Shown piece after piece: positions 1 to 7,161 of a DNA stretch of 10,526 nucleotides (its first letter is position 1; every line of letters starts with the position of its first letter). Origin of the DNA: Armatimonadota bacterium (lineage in GTDB: Bacteria > Sysuimicrobiota > Sysuimicrobiia > Sysuimicrobiales > Humicultoraceae); assembly GCA_037446215.1 (NCBI GenBank), contig JBBIJB010000076.1:1-10526 (forward strand). The letters are read 5' to 3'. The position numbers and the translations under genes were made by a program. Below the pieces are notes generated by a model. It was not told where the DNA came from, searched no databases, and saw nothing but the letters and a program-made list of their open reading frames with translations.

Positions 1-104
1 TCTGGCTTCCGGAGCGGCCCGGCGCGGAGGAGCGGGCCCAGCAGGAACAGCCCTGCCGCGCCGGCCAGCCCCACAAGCGCGAAGCCCAGCACGGCGTCGA
101 TCAC
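1..104 (-). CDS. 5' end of a membrane-anchored protein, probably CcmI/CycH-like cytochrome c biogenesis protein (runs off the window)
   Basis: Not in the ORF track. GTG at 104 overlaps the ccmF TGA (GTGA) and is preceded by GAGGAGG. Translates MIDAVLGFALVGLAGAAGLFLLGPLLRAGPLRKP..., one TM helix ending in 'PLLR' as in CcmI N-termini. Position directly after ccmF. Confidence 0.6.
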   Translation of the reverse strand, partial: MIDAVLGFALVGLAGAAGLFLLGPLLRAGPLRKP

Positions 105-688
105 GGGGAGCGGCCCTCCTCCCCGAGCCCCCCGCCCGCGCTCCGCCGCAGCGGGCGCGTCGTCCGCGCAGGGCGAAGCCGCCGCTCGGGCAGCGCGGCA
201 AGCAGCGTCCCCAGCACGATGACTACTCCGCCGGCCCACATCCATGACACCAGCGGGTTCACCAGCACCCGGATCGTCGCGGCCCCATCCTCGGTCCAGT
301 CCGAAAGGATGACGTAGAGATCCTCGCGCGGCGAGGACCGGATCGCAACGCGGTGCATCGACTGCTCCTGCGAGGCGTAGAAATAGCGCTGCGGCGAGAG
401 AATCCCGAGCCATCTCGACCCGGTCCACACCCTGACCGCGGCCTCCGTGATCTCCACCCCTGGTATCGCGGAGCCGCGCAGTCCGCCGTATTCGAGGATG
501 TACCGGCCCACCTCAAACCTCTGCCCCGGGCGCAGCACGGCCTGCGACTGCGTGCTGAACACGCTGCTCGCCGCCACACCGGCAAAGACAAGCAGCACCC
601 CCAGGTGGACCAGGTAGCCGCCGTAGCGTCTCCGGTTGCGCAGCACCAACCGGACCGCGGCCAGCGCCATGCCCTCGCCCCGTCCCAC
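101..688 (-). CDS. ccmF: CcmF heme lyase, C-terminal fragment (separated from the N-terminal part by a 34-bp insertion)
   Basis: RNRRRYGGYLVHLG, EDLYVIL and VNPLVSWMWAGG are typical of the CcmF C-terminal domain. The frame stays open upstream as TVALEAARGVSVR, up to and into the insertion. Confidence 0.88.
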   Translation of the reverse strand: MGRGEGMALAAVRLVLRNRRRYGGYLVHLGVLLVFAGVAASSVFSTQSQAVLRPGQRFEVGRYILEYGGLRGSAIPGVEITEAAVRVWTGSRWLGILSPQRYFYASQEQSMHRVAIRSSPREDLYVILSDWTEDGAATIRVLVNPLVSWMWAGGVVIVLGTLLAALPERRLRPARTTRPLRRSAGGGLGEEGRSP

Positions 689-695
689 CCGGACG

Positions 696-2141
696 CTAAC
701 TCCCCGTGCCGCCTCCAGCGCGACGGTGCGCGCGTGTGGAGCTGCTCAGGAAGTTTTGCGTGCCAACGACGAACAGCGAGAGCGCGAAGACCATCAGGGG
801 CCCGGCCTTCCGCACCCCCAGAACCCCGAGCAGGAGCGCCCCGAGCACGGCCAGCGCGGCCGGCATGAGGAAGTTGTGAGCGAGTTGCTCCGCGGTCGCC
901 CGGCGCCAGGGCATCATCGGACCCAGGCCCATCAGCGCCAGTATTCCGATGCCGACCGGCACCATAACCATGTTGTAGTACGGTGGGCCGACGTTCACCT
1001 TCACCCCGCGGAAGACCTCTGTGAGGGCCGGGAAGATGGTCCCCAGGAAGACCACGACGGCCGCCGCCACGAAGAGGAGGTTGTTCGCGAGGAAGGCCGT
1101 CTCTCTGCTCACGACCGACTCCACTCCTCCGTGGCTGCGCAGCGACTCCCAGCGCCAGACCAGCAGCCCGAACGATCCGATGAGGAGCAGGGCCATTAAC
1201 CCCAAGAACATGTAGCCGATTGTCGGCGCCTGCGCGAAGGCGTGGACCGAGCTGAGGATGCCGCTTCGCACCAGGAACGTCCCGAAGATCGTCAGCCCGA
1301 AGGTCAAGAGGATCAGGGAGGCGTTCCAGGCTGCCAGCATCCTGCGGCGGGCCTGGATCTGGATCGAGTGGATGAACGCGGTCGCGGTGAGCCAGGGCAT
1401 CAGCGCGGCGTTCTCTACGGGATCCCAGGCCCAGTAGCCGCCCCAGCCCAGGACGACGTACGCCCACTTGGCCCCGAGCAGGATCCCCAGCGTGAGGAAC
1501 GCCCACGCGACCAGGACCCATCGCCTCGAGAGTTCTATCCAGGACTCGTCCAGGCGGCCGGAGATCAGCGCGCCCACTGCTATGGCGAAGGGCACGCTCA
1601 TGCCCACGTAGCCGAGATAGAGGGCCGGGGGATGTGCGACCATCCAGGGGTTGCGCAGGAGCGGGTTCAGGCCCTGCCCGTCGGGAGGGGGCGGCAGCAG
1701 CGGGTGGAAGGGGTTGCTCGCGGTGGCCAGCAGCACTGAGAAGAAGATCGCCACCGCCAAGAGGGTCGCCGTTGCCGGCCCCTGCAGGTCGGGATGGTCG
1801 CGCAGGCTCCTGACCCCGAGCGTCATGTAGATGCCGAGCACGAGCGCCCACAGCAGCAGTGCCCCGTCATGCCCGCCCCAGAAGGCGGTGATCGTGTAGA
1901 AGATCGACTGGGTGGACTCGCTCGCCGTGGCTACGAACCGTATGGAGAAGTCTCGCGTGAGGAGACCCACCAGGAGGGAAACCGAGGCGAGCGCCATCAG
2001 CAGGGTCCAGACGACGACAGCACGCTGCCCGGCCTGCGCCATCCCCCCCTCCCTGCGCCAGAGCCCAAGGAGGGTTGCGGTCAGGCCGTATAGCGCGACG
2101 GCGGTCCCCGCCTGGAGGGCAAACCTGCCTATCTCACCCAC
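696..2141 (-). CDS. ccmF: CcmF heme lyase (holocytochrome c synthase), N-terminal fragment; gene frameshifted
   Basis: Motifs FWGGHDGALLLW, DGQGLNPLL, HPPALYLGYVG, WWD motif LGWGGYWAWDPVENAALMPW, AFIHS, SVHAFA, VGPPYYN. The last ~21 aa (after FVVG) are out of frame. Confidence 0.92.
   Translation of the reverse strand: MGEIGRFALQAGTAVALYGLTATLLGLWRREGGMAQAGQRAVVVWTLLMALASVSLLVGLLTRDFSIRFVATASESTQSIFYTITAFWGGHDGALLLWALVLGIYMTLGVRSLRDHPDLQGPATATLLAVAIFFSVLLATASNPFHPLLPPPPDGQGLNPLLRNPWMVAHPPALYLGYVGMSVPFAIAVGALISGRLDESWIELSRRWVLVAWAFLTLGILLGAKWAYVVLGWGGYWAWDPVENAALMPWLTATAFIHSIQIQARRRMLAAWNASLILLTFGLTIFGTFLVRSGILSSVHAFAQAPTIGYMFLGLMALLLIGSFGLLVWRWESLRSHGGVESVVSRETAFLANNLLFVAAAVVVFLGTIFPALTEVFRGVKVNVGPPYYNMVMVPVGIGILALMGLGPMMPWRRATAEQLAHNFLMPAALAVLGALLLGVLGVRKAGPLMVFALSLFVVGTQNFLSSSTRAHRRAGGGTGS
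726..763. other. 34-bp insertion in ccmF bounded by a 4-bp direct repeat (GTGC at 726-729 and 760-763)
   Basis: Plus strand GTGC-GCGCGTGTGGAGCTGCTCAGGAAGTTTTGC-GTGC. Deleting 730-763 joins ...FVVG to TVALEAARG... and gives one 668-aa ORF (2141 to 101). Confidence 0.75.
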
Positions 2142-2286
2142 GGCGTCCGCTCTGGCCGCCCGCGGGCCGGCCGAGCCTGGCCGCCCAGGCCTCGCCCTCC
2201 TCTACCCTCGCCAGGAGGCGCCAGAGCAGCCGGCCGACGATCAGCCACAGCACGAGCAGCAGCGCCAGCAGCAGTTGCGGGCTCAT
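2134..2286 (-). CDS. Small single-TM membrane protein (50 aa), CcmD-like architecture
   Basis: Not in the ORF track. ATG at 2286 is 4 nt after the ccmE stop. MSPQLLLALLLVLWLIVGRLLWRLLARVEEGEAWAARLGRPAGGQSGRRG*. The stop overlaps the ccmF start region, it fills the ccmE-ccmF gap exactly, and codons are GC3-rich. Confidence 0.65.
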   Translation of the reverse strand: MSPQLLLALLLVLWLIVGRLLWRLLARVEEGEAWAARLGRPAGGQSGRRG

Positions 2287-2290
2287 ACCC

Positions 2291-2713
2291 TCACCGCCCC
2301 GGAGCGCCTTCTGTCTTTCGCCTATACCGGTCCGACATCTCCTTGTACTCCACCGGGTGAGTGGTTATCACCTGCACCGCCTGAAGCACTTCGGAGGCGT
2401 CCAGGCGCCCCTCCACCAGAACCTCCCTGCCCTCTGAGAAAAGGTCTGGGAGTGAGCCCCCGAACTGCACGCGGTACGAGGTGGTACCGTCGCCGACGGC
2501 GAACCGGTAGACCTCCCCGACCTTCTCAAACGAACCCGGGAGGACGCGGGCCGCGAGCCGCACCCTCATCGCGCGCAGGTCCGGCCGTGAGGCGAACTCC
2601 GTGGGCGTGAGGTAGTAGACCATCGAGGAGCGGGCCCCCTGGTAGGCAACGGCCGCCAACGCGGCGACGATCACCGAGGAGCCGATCACCAGCTTGCGGC
2701 GGGTCGTGCTCAC
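2291..2713 (-). CDS. ccmE: Heme chaperone CcmE
   Basis: N-terminal TM anchor, VYYLTPTE, LPDLFSEGREVLVEG, and a C-terminal heme-attachment motif HPVEY (HxxxY). GTG start overlaps the ccmD stop. Confidence 0.93.
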   Translation of the reverse strand: MSTTRRKLVIGSSVIVAALAAVAYQGARSSMVYYLTPTEFASRPDLRAMRVRLAARVLPGSFEKVGEVYRFAVGDGTTSYRVQFGGSLPDLFSEGREVLVEGRLDASEVLQAVQVITTHPVEYKEMSDRYRRKTEGAPGR

Positions 2714-2841
2714 GCCCGTCCCTCGCGCTGCCGGAGCGCCTCGATCATGTCGGAGATCATCCGCTGCCGTGAGCGAAGCGACAACACATACGCCAGGAAC
2801 AGGAGCGCGGCCAGGAGATAGGCGGCGGATACGTAGGCCAC
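2710..2841 (-). CDS. ccmD: Heme exporter protein CcmD (43 aa)
   Basis: C-terminal part of track ORF 2710..3456. GTG at 2841 gives MAYVSAAYLLAALLFLAYVLSLRSRQRMISDMIEALRQREGRA, with the YVxxAY motif, one TM helix and a charged tail. Lies between ccmC and ccmE. Confidence 0.8.
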   Translation of the reverse strand: MAYVSAAYLLAALLFLAYVLSLRSRQRMISDMIEALRQREGRA

Positions 2842-2846
2842 GGCGG

Positions 2847-3509
2847 CTAGCTTCCCTCCAGCGATTCGGCGAGGATCTGCAGCGTGCGCTCCTGCCGTGT
2901 GCGCAGGACCATCAGCACGGCATAGACCGCCAGGAACGCGCCGATGCCTATGACCAGGGGTACGAGCATGCTGCCCGGGAGGGCCGGGCCCGCCGCTCGG
3001 AATACCGTGGGCTGCGGGTGCAGCGTACGGAGCAGGAGGGCGGACCAGTGGATCAGCGGGATGTCCAGCACGCCGACAATGCCGATGACGGCGGCGGCCC
3101 TCGCGCCGCGCGGCCCCGGAGCCCAGGCTCGCACGATCAGATAGGCCACGTAGATGAACCAGAGGATCAGCGTGGTTGTGAGGCGCGCATCCCAGGTCCA
3201 CCAGGTGCCCCAGACCGGCTTCCCCCATATCGCGCCCGAGGCGAGGGTCATCGAGATGAAGAGCACGCCGAGCTCGGCCGACGCCTGGGCCACCCTGTCC
3301 CAGTTGCTGTCGCGGCGCCACAGGTAGACGACGCTGGCGACGAAGACGACAAGGAGGGCGGTGTACGCGGCTATCACGCTGGGCACATGGACGTACATTA
3401 TGCGCTGGGGAACCCCCTGGAACAGCTCGGTCGGGGCCGCTAGGAGCGCCCAGCACAGGCCGAACAGCATGAGGGCCACGCTCAATATGATAAGCGCGCG
3501 CAACACCAC
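2847..3509 (-). CDS. ccmC: Heme exporter protein CcmC
   Basis: QRIMYVHVP (His ligand), WWD motif WGKPVWGTWWTWDARLT, RTLHP (second His), multiple TM segments. The exact start among 3509/3506/3503 is uncertain. Confidence 0.95.
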   Translation of the reverse strand: MVLRALIILSVALMLFGLCWALLAAPTELFQGVPQRIMYVHVPSVIAAYTALLVVFVASVVYLWRRDSNWDRVAQASAELGVLFISMTLASGAIWGKPVWGTWWTWDARLTTTLILWFIYVAYLIVRAWAPGPRGARAAAVIGIVGVLDIPLIHWSALLLRTLHPQPTVFRAAGPALPGSMLVPLVIGIGAFLAVYAVLMVLRTRQERTLQILAESLEGS

Positions 3510-3528
3510 TCCCCCAGCACCCCGCGCG

Positions 3529-4176
3529 TCACTCTTCGACTACGAAATCAAACAGCAGTAGGCCGGCAGTAACAAAGAGTATATCAAAGAGGAACATCAG
3601 CTTCAATTGCGGCCCGATCGCCGGAAGCGGCAACCCGTCTACGATTCCGGCCGTTGCGCCCACCGCGGCGATCACGAGGGGGAGCGTCGTGGGCAGCATC
3701 AGGATAGGGAGCAGGGCTTCCCGAAGCCGGGCTTGAACGATCAGGCCTCCAAAGAGCGTTCCCGCTGCCGCAAGCCCGACCCCGCCCAGCGCCAGCGGGA
3801 GCAGCAGGGCTCCAAGCCGCCCCCAGATCGCCTCCGTGAAGAGCGCGCCGAAGAGGGGCAGCGAGAACAGCTGCACCACGGTGAGGCCGACCCAGTTGGT
3901 CAGCGCCTTGGCTGCGAAGACCGCCGAGCGATCGATCGGGGCCATCAGGAGCCCGGTCAGGTGATCCTGCTCTATCGCGAACGCCCTCGTGAACCCGAGC
4001 GTGGCGGCGAAGGCATAGGTGACCCACATCGCCGCGGGTGCGCCGCCGGGACCCGACTTGACGGCTCCCAGGACGATGACGAGGAGCAGTGCGAGCAGCC
4101 CCATTGTCGTGAGGATCTCGCGGGTGCGCCACTCCAGGCGTAGGTCCTTGGCGACGAGAAGGCGGATTACGCTCAC
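3529..4176 (-). CDS. ccmB: Heme exporter permease CcmB
   Basis: KDLRLEWRTRE, L.GLLMAP.DR, REALLPILMLP..LP.VIAAV motifs and hydrophobic throughout. Start placed at GTG 4176, which overlaps the ccmA TGA; the track start is 4197. Confidence 0.92.
   Translation of the reverse strand: MSVIRLLVAKDLRLEWRTREILTTMGLLALLLVIVLGAVKSGPGGAPAAMWVTYAFAATLGFTRAFAIEQDHLTGLLMAPIDRSAVFAAKALTNWVGLTVVQLFSLPLFGALFTEAIWGRLGALLLPLALGGVGLAAAGTLFGGLIVQARLREALLPILMLPTTLPLVIAAVGATAGIVDGLPLPAIGPQLKLMFLFDILFVTAGLLLFDFVVEE
3578..3606 (-). promoter_or_regulatory. Putative internal sigma70 promoter for ccmCDEF within the ccmB 3' end
   Basis: Minus strand TTGAAG (3606-3601), 17-nt spacer, TATACT (3583-3578) with a TGn extended -10. 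Locally AT-rich island about 70 nt upstream of ccmC. Confidence 0.65.
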
Positions 4177-4886
4177 CGCCTGCCCTCGTGGAACCACGCG
4201 GCCAGGCGTGCCTCATCGAGGCGGTCGGGTTCCATGACCTCGGTCAGGCGTCCGTCGAGGAGGACGGCTACGCCCGTGGCCAGGGCGCGCACCTCGGCCA
4301 GGTCGTGCGAGGTGAATATGATCGTCCGCTCTCCAGCCGTGCCCTCGCGCAGGCTGGCCGTCAGCCGCTCACACGCGCCCACGTCCAGGCCGGTATAGGG
4401 CTCGTCGAGGATGAGCAGCTCAGGGCCGTGGAGCAGCGCCCGTGCCAGGTTGACCTGCTGGCGCTGCCCCCTGGAGAGCACTCGGGCGCGCCGCCCAGCC
4501 AGGCCCGCCAGGCCGGCTCGCGCCAGCACGTCACCGGCGTGTCTGGGCGGCAGGCCGTAGAGGCCCGCGAAGAAGCGCAGGTTCTCCTCGACCGTCAGGC
4601 TCTCGTAGAGGAGCGACTCGTGGGGCAGAAGGCCAATCCGCCGCCTGAGTTGGGGCGCAGGGACGGCCGGGGCGCCGAAGAGCGACACCACGCCGCGCGT
4701 GGGCCGGGTCAGTGTGGCGATCAGCCGAAGCAGCGTGGTCTTGCCCGACCCGTTTGCCCCCAGCAGGGCGATCGCCGCCCCTCTTCGCACGCGAAGATCG
4801 ATGCCGCGCAGCACGGGAGTGTAGTCGAACGCCTTGACCACCCCGTCCATCTCGATCACCGGGGAGTGGGCGCAGGGCCTGCTCAC
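4173..4886 (-). CDS. ccmA: Heme ABC exporter ATP-binding protein CcmA
   Basis: Walker A GANGSGKTT, signature LSRGQ, Walker B LILDEPYTGLD, H-loop TSH. Directly upstream of ccmB. Confidence 0.92.
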   Translation of the reverse strand: MSRPCAHSPVIEMDGVVKAFDYTPVLRGIDLRVRRGAAIALLGANGSGKTTLLRLIATLTRPTRGVVSLFGAPAVPAPQLRRRIGLLPHESLLYESLTVEENLRFFAGLYGLPPRHAGDVLARAGLAGLAGRRARVLSRGQRQQVNLARALLHGPELLILDEPYTGLDVGACERLTASLREGTAGERTIIFTSHDLAEVRALATGVAVLLDGRLTEVMEPDRLDEARLAAWFHEGRR

Positions 4887-6481
4887 GGACGGACCGCCCC
4901 GGCATCAGCATCTCCTGCGGCCAGGGCGTCGACGAGCGCCTCGACCGACTCGACAGGGTGCAGCAGGAACGGGTAGCCTCTGTAGTCGATGGCCTCCGCC
5001 TCGGCCTGGCGGCGCTCCGCCTCCCTCAGCTCGCGCGCGGCCTCCTGGAGTCGCTCAGAGACGGCGGGCTGCAGCTCGAGGTTGATCTCGCGGATGCGCC
5101 CCGTGACCTCCCGCCGCTGCCGCCTGGTCATCTCTGCCGCGCCTTCGAGCCTTCGGATCAACTCCCACTTCTCGTCTGTCAGGGCCCGATACCAACCCTC
5201 GCCCTCGGCCAGGAAGCGATCCGGGTTGTGCTGGAGGTCCAGGTGAAGCCGCCGCAGCCGCTGCAGATCGCCCTCGTCCGGCGTTCGGGAGCTAAAGGGA
5301 AGGAATAGCGTCGCCGTGGCCACCGAGTAGGCCGGGGGCTCGATGCCGAAGAAGCGGCGGATGATGGCATCGGTCGCGCGATCGTACCGACCGCCGCCGA
5401 CCCCGTGTATGAACAGATCGGCCAGGGCAAGCCGGAGGAACGCGGTCAGTGAAACGGCCCTGGGGCGGATCGCCATCGCCTTGAGCCCGGGCGCGTCTGG
5501 ATCGTCGGGCACGTTGCCGAGCTCCTGCCCGTTTGCCCAGAAGCGGCCGTCCTCGAGGTCGACATAGAGGGGCGTGCGGACTCCTCCGTGGATCAGCCAG
5601 AACGGGGCCTCGACGAGAGAGCCGGCCACATCGAGGTCGGGAAACGGCTGAGCGCCGGTCCGGATCCCGTGGCGGAGGCGGTACTCGGACAGCGCGGCAT
5701 TGTGTACCCCGGCGAACCGCTCGGCCTCCCGGACTATCGAGAGCACGAAGGTTCGGAAGGCCGAGGTACGGGCGATCCACGAGACCGGCACCTCCACGTA
5801 GGGCCTCCGTCCCTCCAGCCGGCGCCTGGCCGCCGTGACCGCGCCGGACAGGCCGTGGGCGCGCGTCGGAGGGGGCGCGTCCCTTGTTGCGGACCAGGCA
5901 GAGGCGATGGCCTCCTCGCCGAGGCCTTCCAAGCAGTCGTCCACCTCCCGGACGAACCGCCTCCACCCCTCCTCGGAAGTGGCCGCCATCAACTCGAAGG
6001 GAACCTCGGGCTCTGCGCCGACGAGCCGCACCCGGTGACGCCGCAACCTGCCATCTCGGGCCGGCACCTCTGCGACCACCTCCTCGGAGGCGTCGCTGTC
6101 GACGACGACGCTCACCCCGGAGCCGTCCGGCGGAACCAGCCGGGCGAGTGAGAGATGCTTGATCCAGATCCCTGGATGAACGAGGAGCGGCTGGTGGCCG
6201 GTACAGATCAGGAGGCCGTTCCCGCCCGGGACGAACTCCACGCCAAGCCCCTCGGTGTACTCCACGCCCAGGGCGGCTATCTCGATGCGCGCCCTCCGGC
6301 GCAGCTCGGCCAGCAGGACTGAGCCGATCCGGAGGCCGGGCGCCTCGAGGGCTTTCCTGTTGGAGGCTGCCATCCCGTGCCAGAGCGAGAAGGTAGGCGT
6401 CGCAAAGGCCGACGGCGAGGCTTCCGGAATCCCCGCCTCCAGATCTAACCCGAGCGCCGTGCCCTCACCGTCTCCGGTCAC
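4883..6481 (-). CDS. Uncharacterised 532-aa protein; putative WbqC/BshC-like aminoacyl ligase or transferase
   Basis: Long ORF with GTGA overlaps at both ends. Motifs TGHQPLLVHPGIWIK, VVDSD, RPRA, LFIHGVGGGRYD and a C-terminal helical/coiled-coil region. CDS status is secure; the function is inferred. Confidence 0.7.
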   Translation of the reverse strand: MTGDGEGTALGLDLEAGIPEASPSAFATPTFSLWHGMAASNRKALEAPGLRIGSVLLAELRRRARIEIAALGVEYTEGLGVEFVPGGNGLLICTGHQPLLVHPGIWIKHLSLARLVPPDGSGVSVVVDSDASEEVVAEVPARDGRLRRHRVRLVGAEPEVPFELMAATSEEGWRRFVREVDDCLEGLGEEAIASAWSATRDAPPPTRAHGLSGAVTAARRRLEGRRPYVEVPVSWIARTSAFRTFVLSIVREAERFAGVHNAALSEYRLRHGIRTGAQPFPDLDVAGSLVEAPFWLIHGGVRTPLYVDLEDGRFWANGQELGNVPDDPDAPGLKAMAIRPRAVSLTAFLRLALADLFIHGVGGGRYDRATDAIIRRFFGIEPPAYSVATATLFLPFSSRTPDEGDLQRLRRLHLDLQHNPDRFLAEGEGWYRALTDEKWELIRRLEGAAEMTRRQRREVTGRIREINLELQPAVSERLQEAARELREAERRQAEAEAIDYRGYPFLLHPVESVEALVDALAAGDADAGAVRP

Positions 6482-7161
6482 ACCAGGCCGTCCCAGCGGG
6501 CCACCCCGATCTTCTCCCGGCAGACGAACGCCTCGCCGAAGCGTCGGCCAATCAGGCGGCCCCAGTAGCGGTTGGTTGCCTTTATCGCCTCCAGAACGCC
6601 CGCGTTGCCCCTGGCCTCGTTGAACTGCGATCCGTAGGCGGCCACGGCGGCCATCTTGGTCTCGATGTGGTCGGAGATGTCCGTGACGAAGGATGGTTCG
6701 ATGTGCAGCCGGTAGTGGGTGGAGAAGAAGTGGTAGATGCGCCGTGGGTAGTGGGGCTCTCCGCGCATCCCCGTCTTGGTGTACTTCGCGGTGAACCTGG
6801 CGGCCTCGCAGATCGCGGCGGCGGCGATGTGATCGGGATGCGCGTCCACCCAGTACGGAACGAAGAGCACCTCCGGACGCACCTCTCGGATCACCTCCGC
6901 CACCAGCGTACGCGCCTCAACGGTGTCCTGCAGGAACCGGTTGGGAAGCCCCAGGGTTACCCTGTCGCGGATGCCCAGCAGCCTCGAGGCCTCGGCGGCC
7001 TCGGCCGCCCTCAGCTCCGGCGAGCCCATCGGCGTGGGCTCACCGTCGGTCAAATCGCAGAGTGACACCTCGTGGCCCTGCGCTATGAGCAGGCAGACCG
7101 TGCCGCCCATCGCTATCTCGATGTCATCCGGGTGGGGGCCTATTGCGAGGAACCGCGCCAG
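6478..7161 (-). CDS. bshB1: PIG-L/LmbE family Zn-dependent GlcNAc N-deacetylase, BshB1-like; probable CTG start
   Basis: In-frame extension of track ORF 6478..7110 gives (L)ARFLAIGPHPDDIEIAMGG with the HPDD metal motif. Also DLTDGE, R..EA..A..LLG, HPDH and SQF. The symbol reflects the family; the substrate is uncertain. Confidence 0.85.
   Translation of the reverse strand: MARFLAIGPHPDDIEIAMGGTVCLLIAQGHEVSLCDLTDGEPTPMGSPELRAAEAAEASRLLGIRDRVTLGLPNRFLQDTVEARTLVAEVIREVRPEVLFVPYWVDAHPDHIAAAAICEAARFTAKYTKTGMRGEPHYPRRIYHFFSTHYRLHIEPSFVTDISDHIETKMAAVAAYGSQFNEARGNAGVLEAIKATNRYWGRLIGRRFGEAFVCREKIGVARWDGLV

Noticed and set aside
726..763. Insert begins GTGCG on the plus strand, like a group II intron 5' end, and is CRISPR-spacer sized
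   Set aside because: Far too short for an intron, antisense to ccmF, with no domain V or AY end. No repeat array or cas genes in the window.
259..1851. 530-aa minus-strand ORF overlapping ccmF
   Set aside because: Alternative frame of ccmF with low-complexity Arg/Gly/Pro composition and no recognisable motifs.
2842..3456. N-terminal ~200 aa of track ORF 2710..3456
   Set aside because: Out-of-frame overlap with ccmC. Only the last 43 codons (ccmD) look like a real protein.
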